A DNA stretch of 64,000 nucleotides from Gammaproteobacteria bacterium (GTDB lineage Bacteria; Pseudomonadota; Gammaproteobacteria; Pseudomonadales; Azotimanducaceae), in contig VXYV01000037.1 of assembly GCA_009845835.1 (NCBI GenBank), positions 12,955 through 76,954 on the forward strand. Reading direction: 5' to 3'. A model generated the notes under the pieces. It did not search any database. It saw nothing but the letters and a program-made list of their open reading frames with translations, and had not been told where the DNA came from. Position numbers and translations under genes: made by a program. Positions 1 through 9,888 of the stretch are shown one piece after another (the stretch's first letter is position 1; each line of letters opens with the position of its first letter).

Positions 1-1284
1 CGATCGTTTGAACTGCCAATAAGCGTTCACCAGATGCGTTGGTAAATCTCTTGGTTGGCTCTCCAAGACCATATTGCAAGACCCTTCGCACTTCGATATG
101 ACTTGGGAACGTTGCTGGATGTACTTCGATAGTCCCAGTACTGTTAATGCTTGTTGCTCAGTTTTAACTTCCATGCTATGTACCAAGTCAACCACGTTCT
201 CATAGAGATTGGCGAGTACAACTGTGTGTCTGGTCGATAATAATTTGAGTGCGACCGGTAGATCGGCATCGTCGTCTCGCAAACACGTGAGTACTAAGAC
301 CATTGAACGTTTCCGATGCCGCGCGAGCGTCTCTTCAGCCGCGGCAATGTAATCGGAGGCATACGCACCAGTCTGAATGTCGTATGTGTGATTTAACAGT
401 CGCGGGATGGAAGAAAATCCGTTGATAGATTGAATCCATCTTTGTGTGTAGCCAAAACACATGACCGATACCGTGTCTCCCTGTTGCAGAGCAATATAGG
501 ATAGTAGCAATAAGCCATCGAGAGCACTATCGAAGAGAGCTGCTCCAAGTTCGTCAGTGTGCATACGCGAACCGGTATCAATCATGAACAGCAGATGTTG
601 TTCTTTTTCATCTTGGTATTCACGCGAAATCAGCGTTCGCCGCCGAGATGTCGCGTTCCAGTCGATATGATTTAAAGCGTCACCTTGACGGTACTCTCTT
701 AGCTGATGAAAGTCTAATCCAATCCCACGTCGGCGTTGTTTTTTCAATCCTAGTTGATGTGTTTGATGGGCGAGTAAAAAGCTCAAATATTTCGTAATTT
801 GAGAAAAGTCAGGATACACTCTTACCTTATCAACACAAGATACGTGAAAGAACCGTTGCCAGAATCCCAAGGGCGACGTTAACTGAAAGTCGACGAATTC
901 GAACTCAAATTCTCCGCGCATGGTCGGTTCTATGGTGTATTCTAAGTGAAATTCCTCTCTAGGATTAAGATTCGCCTTAGCACTTGAACTTTGTGGATAC
1001 AGTTCAAGAGGACAGCGATCCTGTATGGCGAGAACACACGGCTTTCGATGTAAATTCTTTACGATCAAATAGACTTTACTTTTGCAACGGATTGCTAAAG
1101 AAGTGGCGATATTTCGGTAGACGGACAACTGACCAGCTTGGAGACTACGAGCCGCTAAAGCATCAAGGAGTACGATCAAAACAAATATACCGATTATCAC
1201 ATAAACCAACATTCGGATGTTTGGAAATAGTAAGAAGATCGAAAGACATAGGACGATCCAGATGAGAGAATAATTGGGTTTCAT
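1..1284 (-). CDS. DUF58 (VWA-like) protein, MoxR partner; the 3' end runs off the window
   Basis: Absent from the ORF track because it has no stop inside the window. My own minus-strand translation from ATG 1284 (ATGA overlap with the MoxR stop) stays open to nt 1 (428 codons): MKPNYSLIWIV... It has two N-terminal TM helices, the DUF58 signature LDFHQLREYRQGDALNHIDWNATSRR, and a VWA-like strand LLFMIDTGSRM. Confidence 0.85.
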   Translation of the reverse strand, partial: MKPNYSLIWIVLCLSIFLLFPNIRMLVYVIIGIFVLIVLLDALAARSLQAGQLSVYRNIATSLAIRCKSKVYLIVKNLHRKPCVLAIQDRCPLELYPQSSSAKANLNPREEFHLEYTIEPTMRGEFEFEFVDFQLTSPLGFWQRFFHVSCVDKVRVYPDFSQITKYLSFLLAHQTHQLGLKKQRRRGIGLDFHQLREYRQGDALNHIDWNATSRRRTLISREYQDEKEQHLLFMIDTGSRMHTDELGAALFDSALDGLLLLSYIALQQGDTVSVMCFGYTQRWIQSINGFSSIPRLLNHTYDIQTGAYASDYIAAAEETLARHRKRSMVLVLTCLRDDDADLPVALKLLSTRHTVVLANLYENVVDLVHSMEVKTEQQALTVLGLSKYIQQRSQVISKCEGSCNMVLESQPRDLPTHLVNAYWQFKRS

Positions 1285-2258
1285 TCGCGCGGAGCTTCAA
1301 CTTTCTCGAGTACTTGTTCTAAGATATTGTCCGTTGTTTGTCCTTCGATTTGATACTCCGGGCTTAGTGCAATGCGATGCCTTAAAACCGGTAGTGCTAT
1401 TTCACGAATGTCGTCAGGAGTGACATAGTTACGATTGTTAACGAGGGCCGACGCTCGTCCCATGCGGACTAAAGCAATGCCTGCTCGTGGGCTCGCGCCT
1501 TGTACGATTCCGGGAAACGATCTGGTCGCCCGAACAATCTCCACCGCGTAATCTCGGACAGCTTCGTCAAGTTCAATTTGGGAAGCGACTGCTTGTGCTT
1601 GGCTGATATCAGCAGCCGAAGCAACTGCTTTCACATCAGTGACACTGAGCTCGTCCACCGGTCGATTTGTTGTGACTTGATCTAATATTTTTGCTTCGTC
1701 TTCCATCGTCGGATAATTAATGAACACATTGACCATGAATCTATCTAATTGCGCTTCAGGTAATGGATAAGTTCCTTCATATTCAATTGGGTTTTGTGTG
1801 GCTAACACCATGTAGGGAGCTGCGACGGCAAAACTTTCTCCCTCAATAGTCACCCGCCGTTCTTGCATGACTTCAAGTAACGCTGATTGTGTTTTCGCTG
1901 GCGCTCGATTGATTTCGTCTGCTAATAAAAGGTTGGTAAAAACTGGACCTTTGCGAATGATAAATCGCTCTTCTTTTAAGTTGTATTGAGCATGACCTGT
2001 GACATCGCTAGGCATCAGATCTGGTGTGAACTGTATTCTCGAAGTATCGCATTGGATGCTCTTCGCTAACGCTCGTACGAGCAAAGTTTTACCCAAACCT
2101 GGGACACCCTCAAGTAAAACATGTCCGTTGGCTATGAGACACTGCACTACTTGCCGAATAACCGGGTACTGTCCTATCACTACTTGACTAACAGTGTCCA
2201 TCAGTTCTTGAAGATTGCGCATGCGGTCCTGGATTTGGTGATCTAGGTCTTCATTCAT
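1281..2258 (-). CDS. MoxR-family AAA+ ATPase
   Basis: 325 aa. Walker A is GVPGLGKT and Walker B/sensor is LLADEINRAPAKTQSALLE. The length and C-terminal lid are typical of MoxR. Confidence 0.93.
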   Translation of the reverse strand: MNEDLDHQIQDRMRNLQELMDTVSQVVIGQYPVIRQVVQCLIANGHVLLEGVPGLGKTLLVRALAKSIQCDTSRIQFTPDLMPSDVTGHAQYNLKEERFIIRKGPVFTNLLLADEINRAPAKTQSALLEVMQERRVTIEGESFAVAAPYMVLATQNPIEYEGTYPLPEAQLDRFMVNVFINYPTMEDEAKILDQVTTNRPVDELSVTDVKAVASAADISQAQAVASQIELDEAVRDYAVEIVRATRSFPGIVQGASPRAGIALVRMGRASALVNNRNYVTPDDIREIALPVLRHRIALSPEYQIEGQTTDNILEQVLEKVEAPRE

Positions 2259-3537
2259 TGTTTGGGTTCTCTTTTGGTTTAGGGTTCTTGGAGTGAAACA
2301 GATTATTCCGTAACAGTCGTTGTAGTTTTCTCACCACTCTGACTAATGAAGCATTATTGGACGGATTAAGTTCAGTTGGATCACTTAATTCGTAAGAAAC
2401 ATTATTTGGGTTAAATTGTTCCTGTCGTTGCACACTTCCTTCGGGTTTGAAAGTCCGTTCAGGTTGTTCTGCTATCTGGTGTAGCGCGCGGATGTGATTT
2501 TCGATTTGTTTGTTGTGCCAAGCAAATTGGGACGCACTGTTTACGTAGTCCAATATGTGCTTTTGCTGAGTTGAAACGGAGTAAACCGGCGGCGATATTC
2601 GAATGCTCCAGGCTAGGATGGCTAGGATGAAAGCGACAAAACAACCTAAGATTGTTTGCCACGAGTGAAGCCAAACAAGAGTAGCTAGTTTGGGGTAAGA
2701 TTGAACGATCCAAACAGTAAGAGGCGTGAGACTTTCCTGCAAAATGTTTGAGGTCCTATGAACTAAAAGCAAAAATAACAACGCATGGTCTGCGCAAACA
2801 ACGGTGTCGTTTCTCCACATTCGAAAACTATTGACAAAATAGACGTTGCCTAGCCCTTCAGAGATGTGAAGAAGATTTGACGGTGCGATTTCATTCATAG
2901 AATGCTTGAAGGGAGAATATTTGGTTTCAAATTGATATCCCCCTGCGGCAGTCTTGTCCATATTCAAAGCTAAACCCATGTCAAGAACGAATGGTTCTAT
3001 CGAATCAGAACAATTGGGCGTCGTTTGCATCCCGCGATTAATCCATTCGTCCACAAATGCAGGTAAGTCCATTTGTTCCATTTCTTCTATTGGTTCGATG
3101 ACTCGATACACTGCATACTTAGCGGGGAAGTAATTCAAACGAGAAAAATAGTCCGCAGGAGGCTCACTCGAGTCTAAGGTATCAACTTCAACGAATAGTG
3201 TACCGCCACGACGAACCCAATTTTCTAATTGCTCGCTGGCTTGCCTATTCCTAATCAACTCTTGAGGCCTTGAGATAAACAGTGTGTCGTTGATTGAGGG
3301 TTCTTCTTCCGAGAGGAATGGGTTGATAGTATGTACTTTGAAGTTATATTCTTTGCCCAATTCTTTGAGCGCAAAGTACGAGTCGAAAGCTGCTTGGTCG
3401 GTTAGCGTAGGGACATTCACTGGTTCCGTGGTCGCTCGCACATAGAACTGAACTAACCCCACGAATATTGCGACGGTCACGAGCACACATATGAGTACCC
3501 ACCCGCCTACCGGGACTTTACGTAAAAGATGCTTCAT
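2251..3537 (-). CDS. Membrane protein, DUF4350-like (assigned by architecture and cassette position)
   Basis: 428 aa with an N-terminal TM anchor (WVLICVLVTVAIFVGLV), a large extracytoplasmic domain and C-terminal TM helices. It overlaps MoxR by 8 nt. This is the position normally held by DUF4350 in MoxR/DUF58 cassettes. Confidence 0.55.
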   Translation of the reverse strand: MKHLLRKVPVGGWVLICVLVTVAIFVGLVQFYVRATTEPVNVPTLTDQAAFDSYFALKELGKEYNFKVHTINPFLSEEEPSINDTLFISRPQELIRNRQASEQLENWVRRGGTLFVEVDTLDSSEPPADYFSRLNYFPAKYAVYRVIEPIEEMEQMDLPAFVDEWINRGMQTTPNCSDSIEPFVLDMGLALNMDKTAAGGYQFETKYSPFKHSMNEIAPSNLLHISEGLGNVYFVNSFRMWRNDTVVCADHALLFLLLVHRTSNILQESLTPLTVWIVQSYPKLATLVWLHSWQTILGCFVAFILAILAWSIRISPPVYSVSTQQKHILDYVNSASQFAWHNKQIENHIRALHQIAEQPERTFKPEGSVQRQEQFNPNNVSYELSDPTELNPSNNASLVRVVRKLQRLLRNNLFHSKNPKPKENPNNE

Positions 3538-4966
3538 ACGTTTGAACTAAGTCGTTATAAGTTGGTGTTTCGATAGCTTTATGAGCGTATGCAACCAGTT
3601 GCCAACATTCTGTAATTGATGCAAATGCCGAGAGTACACCAGGTACATTCTGAGCGACTAGTTGCAGGCAAGAAGCCTCAGTGTGACTTAGATTGATAGG
3701 ACAATCAAAACGCGCGACAAGGCAATAAAGTGCCCCTCGGTACAACAGTGATATAGCTTCTCGATAGTCACCAGAATCCCAAGCGTTACGTGAGCTAGCA
3801 ACAATATTTTCCGGTAGTTCTAATTTTTGAAAGATTTCCTCGATAATGTGAGTACGTTGAGTTCCGAGATCTACCTTACGCGGTTTGAATCGACTAAAGT
3901 CTAATTTTCTCAATTGCCACAGTAAGTAAACAATCAATGCGATTGTGACAGAGATAATAAGAATTTGCACTACCCTTGCGAAGAAGGTCGCTAAACCTAA
4001 GTCTATCGTGGGAGCGTTGCTCCTTGGTTGTGGACTTCTCGATTGTTTCTGTTGACGTATCGTCGTTTCCGTTACTACCTGCTCATGATAGATTTTTTCG
4101 ATTTCACTACTGACGGTTTCGTGCACTGTTTTTTCATCTCCCATATTTCCTGGATGAACCTGTGCATAAATCTGTTCGCCATTCGTGAGAACTAAGACAG
4201 TCGCGATCAGGACTATCGATATTCGACTAATTAGACGGCGAAATCCAAGATCAATATCCCATCCTTCCAACTCGATTCGTTTATTCAGGTAGATTGCAAA
4301 ACCACAACATATATAGAAAGGAGCAATCACTGCAAAACTTACAAAAATTAACGTCTTGAACACGTGACTACCGATAGCACTAATGAAAGCAAATATAGCT
4401 TGCGGATTAAAAGTTGGTAATTCAGGGGTAATCGAGAATATTATTGACGATACCCAAGTTATCACTGTAAGAAAAAACACCACAAGAGAGATTTCCATAC
4501 AGAACATCAACAGATGTAGTATCAAGTAATATCCTATGATTCGATCTCGAATCAAACGTCGTCGTATGCCAATTCGAATTGGCGCTGATTCAGTGTTTTC
4601 AAGGGCCGCGATGGGTGTGAGAGTACTACGGCCAGGAAACAGCCGAAACAAACTTAACCATAACCAAGTGTCGCCCATGAAAATCGTACGCAAGGTTTGT
4701 TGCGCGGTAGCTTGTTGATCAAACAACGTTGAAGCAATAAAACGAAGGGGAATTCGTTCGTATAACGGTTTGAAAAACCATAACAAAAAGATAGACCAAA
4801 ATAAATTTGGTATAAACCAGACGACTATGAATACTGGCACGGCAAGAACTAACCAACCAGCAAGCAATTCCCACCAAAATTTTCTGGCGAGAAGCGCACC
4901 GGCGCCGATCGCCTCGAAATTTGTACGATGTCGAAGTGCAAGTTTAGCGGTGGGAATGTTTGTCAC
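3518..4966 (-). CDS. Polytopic membrane protein with C-terminal DUF4129-like domain
   Basis: 482 aa with multiple TM helices. The C-terminus AWDSGDYREAISLLYRGALYCLVARFDCPINLSHTEASCLQ matches the DUF4129 pattern (W..G.Y.EA...LYR.....L.......T..E). It overlaps the downstream gene by 20 nt. Confidence 0.6.
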   Translation of the reverse strand: MTNIPTAKLALRHRTNFEAIGAGALLARKFWWELLAGWLVLAVPVFIVVWFIPNLFWSIFLLWFFKPLYERIPLRFIASTLFDQQATAQQTLRTIFMGDTWLWLSLFRLFPGRSTLTPIAALENTESAPIRIGIRRRLIRDRIIGYYLILHLLMFCMEISLVVFFLTVITWVSSIIFSITPELPTFNPQAIFAFISAIGSHVFKTLIFVSFAVIAPFYICCGFAIYLNKRIELEGWDIDLGFRRLISRISIVLIATVLVLTNGEQIYAQVHPGNMGDEKTVHETVSSEIEKIYHEQVVTETTIRQQKQSRSPQPRSNAPTIDLGLATFFARVVQILIISVTIALIVYLLWQLRKLDFSRFKPRKVDLGTQRTHIIEEIFQKLELPENIVASSRNAWDSGDYREAISLLYRGALYCLVARFDCPINLSHTEASCLQLVAQNVPGVLSAFASITECWQLVAYAHKAIETPTYNDLVQTYEASFT

Positions 4967-5924
4967 GGCCTACGAACAAGAAGTAATAAAAAACTGCTAT
5001 CCAAAGTAGTATCCCCACGCTATATTTGATGGAGTTAGGTAAAAAATCGCTAGGAGACCAAAACGCTTCGATAAAAGCGGCAAGAATAAACATGGTAAAG
5101 AAACCACCGCAAAGCAGGAATGCTTCTTTGGAGGCTATCTTGATGGATGTTTTGCGGGCGTAAACACCTGGAATAAACACTCCTTTTGCCATTCGGAGTC
5201 CGGCAGCACCAGCAATAACTATCGCCGTAAGTTCGAAAGCCCCATGACCAACTACAAACGGTAAGACCGTCGAAGAATAACCAGCGATACACAAATAAGT
5301 TATGACGCTACCAATGAAGATTCCATTAAACGCTAGGGCAATGATCGACCCGATGCCAAAGACCAGTCCGTTAATAAATACTAGCAATCCGATTGAAGTA
5401 TTATTCAAGATGTAATGGCCAAACATTTCTATGTTCTCGATTGCTGTGCGCTTCACACGTCGACGTTCACTATTAGGATCGTACATTTCTTGTAATTGGT
5501 ATAGTTGCTCATCGCTTAGGACTGTATGCACGAATTCGGTTTGCGTGGAGATCATATATGACATGCCCAATCCAGGGCCAACGAAGGCAAGAACCGAGAG
5601 CAGAATGTACAACTTTTGTGAACGAACCGCTTGAGGAAATGAGTAAGTAAAAAAGTTCAGGAAACCGTGTACCCATCCAAATCTTTTTGTGTAAAGTAGG
5701 TTGTGACCTCTTTGGACAAGATTGTTCAACCTATCAATCAATTGATTACTGTAACCGCGAGTTCGAGCGATTGTCAAATCGTGTGCAATGCGTCGGTACC
5801 GATCCGTAAAACCGTCTGCATTAGTGGATTTACCCCTATTCCAACGACTTTCCAACCGATCTAAGGACGTAAGAAATTCCGACCAGTCGGATTCTTTAGT
5901 GTGGACGAAGTACGACTCTTTCAC
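4944..5924 (-). CDS. Stage II sporulation protein M-like (SpoIIM/DUF95) membrane protein
   Basis: 326 aa. A cytosolic region of about 100 aa is followed by a hydrophobic core (GIGSIIALAFNGIFIGSVI ... GHGAFELTAIVIAGAAGL) typical of DUF95. It overlaps the downstream gene by 23 nt. Confidence 0.65.
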   Translation of the reverse strand: MKESYFVHTKESDWSEFLTSLDRLESRWNRGKSTNADGFTDRYRRIAHDLTIARTRGYSNQLIDRLNNLVQRGHNLLYTKRFGWVHGFLNFFTYSFPQAVRSQKLYILLSVLAFVGPGLGMSYMISTQTEFVHTVLSDEQLYQLQEMYDPNSERRRVKRTAIENIEMFGHYILNNTSIGLLVFINGLVFGIGSIIALAFNGIFIGSVITYLCIAGYSSTVLPFVVGHGAFELTAIVIAGAAGLRMAKGVFIPGVYARKTSIKIASKEAFLLCGGFFTMFILAAFIEAFWSPSDFLPNSIKYSVGILLWIAVFYYFLFVGRDKHSHR

Positions 5925-6811
5925 TTTACCCCTCGAATCGAGTTCGCGTATTCCATACAGGCACGAACCGCCGATTCTCCCTCCAAACCATGCAGCGGGT
6001 AGAGAATCTCAGCAAGTTCAATAGCTCTTCCCTCAGAAAACGAGCCGAGACGATCCTGAAATTCCAACAGCAAGAGTTGTTCGTTCACCTTCAATGGCTG
6101 TGGAATTTGTCTTACCGTAGCTGTGGGTTCTCGTTTTGCAAATTCTGGTGTGTTGGTGTGGATAACCATCGTATTGGCTAAGTGGTCGCCAAGCCGGCGA
6201 AACCGAGCTGAAAACAGGATAAATAGTGCTCCCGGCATCCCTACGCCGCCAAGTGGTAAACCGACCATAAATAATGAAACACTATCGATAGGTCGGAAGA
6301 GATTTCGAACTGCCGCAGAGTACAAACTGAGTGGAGTTCCATCCAGGTTTACGGCTTTTGCTTTTACCATCATTTTTCCGGGAGTCATACCGTCGTTAAA
6401 CCATTCAAAAATAAACCCGTACAACCAGAGAACAACAAAAACGATAATTAAATGTAATCCAGAAAGATTGAGTCCGATCAATCCCAGATATTGGAAGACT
6501 AGCTGCAAGAAAAAGAAAACAAGCAATTTGATAATTTCGTCGACCAAAAAACCGGTACCACGAGCAACAATGCCAGCTGGACGCAACACAATCTGAACCC
6601 CCTCCGGCGTGTCGTGATCAAATCGGGAGTCAATCGTATGCGCGGCGTCAAAATCCCGATAGCTATAGCGTGTATGGGAAGTTTCGAGGATATTTTCTGG
6701 ACGATCGATATTGGTGTTCCTTGAAGATTGACGAGACGGTCGTGACTTGATGTTTTTCAAAACTTCGTCAATAGTCTTGTTTAAATGGTAAGGATTGTAC
6801 AAGAAAATCAT
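5921..6811 (-). CDS. RDD-family membrane protein
   Basis: 296 aa. The RDD-type core runs RPAGIVARGTGFLVDEIIK ... TPGKMMVKAKAV ... RRLGDHLANTMVI. The stop/start overlap with the SpoIIM-like gene is 4 nt. Confidence 0.7.
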   Translation of the reverse strand: MIFLYNPYHLNKTIDEVLKNIKSRPSRQSSRNTNIDRPENILETSHTRYSYRDFDAAHTIDSRFDHDTPEGVQIVLRPAGIVARGTGFLVDEIIKLLVFFFLQLVFQYLGLIGLNLSGLHLIIVFVVLWLYGFIFEWFNDGMTPGKMMVKAKAVNLDGTPLSLYSAAVRNLFRPIDSVSLFMVGLPLGGVGMPGALFILFSARFRRLGDHLANTMVIHTNTPEFAKREPTATVRQIPQPLKVNEQLLLLEFQDRLGSFSEGRAIELAEILYPLHGLEGESAVRACMEYANSIRGVK

Positions 6812-7952
6812 GATCTAAGCGGACGTATTCTTCTTCATCTTCCAGGAAACTAATGATTGCCTGACGAAAATTTTGATTACTGATGTAGTGAGCGGAATAG
6901 GTTGTAACAGGTTCGTACCCTCGTGAAATCTTGTAGTTTCCCTGAGCCCCACCCTGGATTGTCTTAAGACCGTGATGGATAGCGTATTCGATCGCTTGAT
7001 AGTAGCATAGTTCGAAGTGTAAGAATGGGTGATGTTCGATACACCCCCAGTTTCGACCGAAAAGTACATCTTGACCGATGAAATGTAAGGAACCGGCAAC
7101 GTAGTTCTTACTTGACTTTGCCAAAATCAACAAAATCTGCTCCTGCATCATTTCGCAGATCAAACTAAAAAACCTTCTGTTCAGATACGGTCTACCCCAT
7201 TTTCTTGCACTCGTATCTAAGTAACACTGGTAAAACACGTCCCAATGGCTTTCCAAAACATCTGAACCAGTTAACCACTCAACAGTCAAAGCTTCATTTA
7301 CCGCGAGTTTACGTTCCCGTCGAATGTTTTTTCTCTTTTTGGTGGAGAGATTCGACAGGAAATCATTAAAGGAAGAATACCCTCTATTCTGCCAATGTAA
7401 TTGCGTGTCCGTCCGTTTCAAAAATTGTGTACTAGCACAGACCCGATTGCATTGTGTTCTGTCCAAAAAAGTCAAGTGCGCTGAACTTAGCGCATTCTGT
7501 TCGACGATTTCTACTATTGTTTTCGTAAAGAGTGATTCCAATTCTTGTTTTCGATACTCTTCAGCTAGCAGAATTCGCTTGTCGGCGACGGGTGTAAAAG
7601 GCACGCACACTTGTAGTTTTGGGTAGTAATTACCACCCGCATTCTCCCATGCTCCAGCCCACTGGTAGTCGAAGACAAATTCCCCCATTGAGTGTGCCTT
7701 GAGGTACATTGGCATCACACCAACTGTCCGATTCGAAACACGCAATTCAAGGTGCATAGGTTGCCAGCCAGTTGTATTCATTACGCATCCACTATTTTCT
7801 AGTGCATGGAGGAATCGATAGTCGATAAACGGAGAAACCGACTGAGTAATACAACGGTTCCAGTTGTGCATACCAATGTTTTCGATACTCCTCTGAACTT
7901 CGATTTTTGCAGAAGATATATCAATCTGTCGTTTACCTTGGGTATCGCTCAA
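6768..7952 (-). CDS. FemAB-like / GNAT-fold protein (COG3146, DUF482 family)
   Basis: 394 aa. The N-terminal FIDYRFLHALENSGCV..TGWQPMHL and central KKRKNIRRERK plus the C-terminal half are characteristic of the PF04339 family. Confidence 0.75.
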   Translation of the reverse strand: MSDTQGKRQIDISSAKIEVQRSIENIGMHNWNRCITQSVSPFIDYRFLHALENSGCVMNTTGWQPMHLELRVSNRTVGVMPMYLKAHSMGEFVFDYQWAGAWENAGGNYYPKLQVCVPFTPVADKRILLAEEYRKQELESLFTKTIVEIVEQNALSSAHLTFLDRTQCNRVCASTQFLKRTDTQLHWQNRGYSSFNDFLSNLSTKKRKNIRRERKLAVNEALTVEWLTGSDVLESHWDVFYQCYLDTSARKWGRPYLNRRFFSLICEMMQEQILLILAKSSKNYVAGSLHFIGQDVLFGRNWGCIEHHPFLHFELCYYQAIEYAIHHGLKTIQGGAQGNYKISRGYEPVTTYSAHYISNQNFRQAIISFLEDEEEYVRLDHDFLVQSLPFKQDY

Positions 7953-7986
7953 GATATGTCACTCGATTTTTTAGTTACTCTTCAAC

Positions 7987-8769
7987 TCAAACATTTTCCA
8001 TCTTTTTGTACACCATGACTCCGATACCCAAAAGTACAATGGTATAAACGATTAACACACTTATGTGTAAAAATATGTTCACGCTGTTCGAAGCATCTAT
8101 TGCACTGAGTGCCAATTGAACAGAATGAAATGAAGGTAGATAGTGAGCTACACTTTGCAACCAAGGCGGAAAATAGGTGTAAGGAACGATGATTCCACTC
8201 AGAAACAACATTGGCAAATAAATCAGATTCACAATTGCATGAGCAGAATTTGCGCTGACTGCGCAACCCATTACAAGACCTAACATACAAAATGGTAACG
8301 AACAGAACATTTGAGTAACGATGAGAACAAAAATTTGTTGGATGCCCAGATCTGCCGACCCGAAAATTAACGAAATACCAACAAGTAAAGATGTGATCAG
8401 GGCACAAAACACCATCGCCATGAAGGCTTTTGCTAGAAAATGAATGTAAACTGGTAGGGGGCTGACTCGTTTTAGCAACAACCAACCTTGTCCCCGTTCG
8501 ATCGCGATGTATACACCAAATCCAAAAAGCGAGGTCCCAATCATTCCGATAGAACTTGCAGCGACCAACCAATAATGATCGGCGCGAATTTCTTGCACAT
8601 CTATGTCGATGAGTACACCACAGACGATGTAGACAATTAACGGGAATGACAAGATTGAACTAGAAAATGCGGGTAGTCGCAAGCACTTTATTACTTCTAG
8701 TTTCGATTCTGTGTAGAGAATACGTAATAATTGAACGAGGCTATACCCCATCGCACCTTTAGTTGTCAT
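7987..8769 (-). CDS. ABC-2 type exporter permease
   Basis: About six TM helices directly downstream of an ABC ATPase. I chose the start at the internal Met (MTTKGAMGYS...). The track start at 8829 would overlap the ATPase by 71 nt. Confidence 0.75.
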   Translation of the reverse strand: MTTKGAMGYSLVQLLRILYTESKLEVIKCLRLPAFSSSILSFPLIVYIVCGVLIDIDVQEIRADHYWLVAASSIGMIGTSLFGFGVYIAIERGQGWLLLKRVSPLPVYIHFLAKAFMAMVFCALITSLLVGISLIFGSADLGIQQIFVLIVTQMFCSLPFCMLGLVMGCAVSANSAHAIVNLIYLPMLFLSGIIVPYTYFPPWLQSVAHYLPSFHSVQLALSAIDASNSVNIFLHISVLIVYTIVLLGIGVMVYKKMENV

Positions 8770-9679
8770 GTTCAGTGTGGGTAAGTAGGTGTAGATAGGC
8801 ATCTTCGATTGTTGCACATTTAATCTCAAGTTGACTGGTAGAGCTATCCTCAGAAAGTATGTGTCTCACGGTGTTTTCCACTTCATTCACAAACAGTCGC
8901 GTCAGGTTACCTATTTTTTCGACGCGTTTTACATGAGGGAGTTTGATAAGTTCACGCGGATCAAGTGACGTATCGCAGGAAATTCTCGAGTCAGCGAAGT
9001 TGGCTCGTAAATCTTCAGGTGTTCCGTTCAGAATGATATTTCCTTCATGAAATACGATCACATGAGATGCTAAGTGTTCAGCTTCCTGAAAGTCATGGGT
9101 TGACACAACGAAAGTACAACTGTTAGCTCTCAGTTTATCAATTTGTTCCCATAGTTGAAGTCTCGATTGAACATCTAGAGAAGAACTTGGTTCATCCAAA
9201 AACAGTAATGAGGGTCGACCACATATTGCCAAAGCAAAGTGCAACTTTTGTTTTTGACCAACACTTAGTGCACTGTACTTTTTCTTTTCTAATCCGCCGA
9301 GTTGGGAGAGTTGTATTACTTCAGTAAAACTAAGTGGTTGAACGTAGTAACTCCTGAATGAGTTAATGTGTTCCGCTACTGTAAGTGTCTGCGGGACCCC
9401 TGATATCTGCAACATAACACCCGTTTGACGACGGGTCGCAGGGTGGCCTGCAGAGTTATTTAACACGGAAATTTGTCCCGCTGAGGGTTGTAGTGCACCA
9501 GCAAGCAAATTCAGTAGGGTGCTCTTTCCAGCGCCATTTGGTCCTAGTAACACACAATTCGCCCCTGCCTTAACCTCGAAAGAAACTCTATCCAACGCTA
9601 CTTGATTCGAGAACCTTTTGGTGACGTCTGAAACGCGAATAACGACACTGTCAATCGGACTATGCGTCTCTAAATTCAC
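8759..9679 (-). CDS. ABC transporter ATP-binding protein
   Basis: Walker A is GPNGAGKST, the signature is LSVGQKQK and Walker B is LLFLDEPSS. Confidence 0.92.
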   Translation of the reverse strand: MNLETHSPIDSVVIRVSDVTKRFSNQVALDRVSFEVKAGANCVLLGPNGAGKSTLLNLLAGALQPSAGQISVLNNSAGHPATRRQTGVMLQISGVPQTLTVAEHINSFRSYYVQPLSFTEVIQLSQLGGLEKKKYSALSVGQKQKLHFALAICGRPSLLFLDEPSSSLDVQSRLQLWEQIDKLRANSCTFVVSTHDFQEAEHLASHVIVFHEGNIILNGTPEDLRANFADSRISCDTSLDPRELIKLPHVKRVEKIGNLTRLFVNEVENTVRHILSEDSSTSQLEIKCATIEDAYLHLLTHTEHDN

Positions 9680-9792
9680 TATTTCAATAGAGCCAGGAAG
9701 TGATTGTGTTGTATCATTTTTGGTTTGTAAATTATGCTATCACTATATCTAGGGCAAGGGTAATTTTCGCGAATGTACAATCGTTTGTGAAA

Positions 9793-9869
9793 TGGTCGGA
9801 GTGGCCGGATTTGAACCGGCGGCCCCTGCCTCCCGAAGGCAGTGCTCTACCAAGCTGAGCTACACTCCG
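9793..9869 (-). tRNA. tRNA-Pro (anticodon CGG)
   Basis: The hand-folded cloverleaf has acceptor CGGAGTG/CACTCCG, D stem GCTC/GAGC, anticodon stem CTGCC/GGCAG with loop TTCGGGA, T loop TTCAAAT and an encoded CCA. Length is 77 nt, and it lies 19 nt downstream of ispB. Confidence 0.93.
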
Positions 9870-9888
9870 AATTCCTCCAAAGTCAGAT

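Noticed and set aside
984-1265. 93-aa plus-strand ORF and 62-aa minus-strand ORF (393-581) listed by the track at the left edge
   Set aside because: Both lie inside or antisense to the long edge-truncated DUF58 reading frame (1..1284, minus strand), which has clear family motifs. They are shadow ORFs.
6123-6596. 157-aa plus-strand ORF
   Set aside because: It is antisense to the RDD-family gene and has a low-complexity basic composition with no motifs.
7982-8572. 196-aa minus-strand ORF in another frame of the ABC-2 permease
   Set aside because: It is an out-of-frame overlap with a good six-TM permease ORF. Its Cys/Arg-rich composition is typical of off-frame translation.
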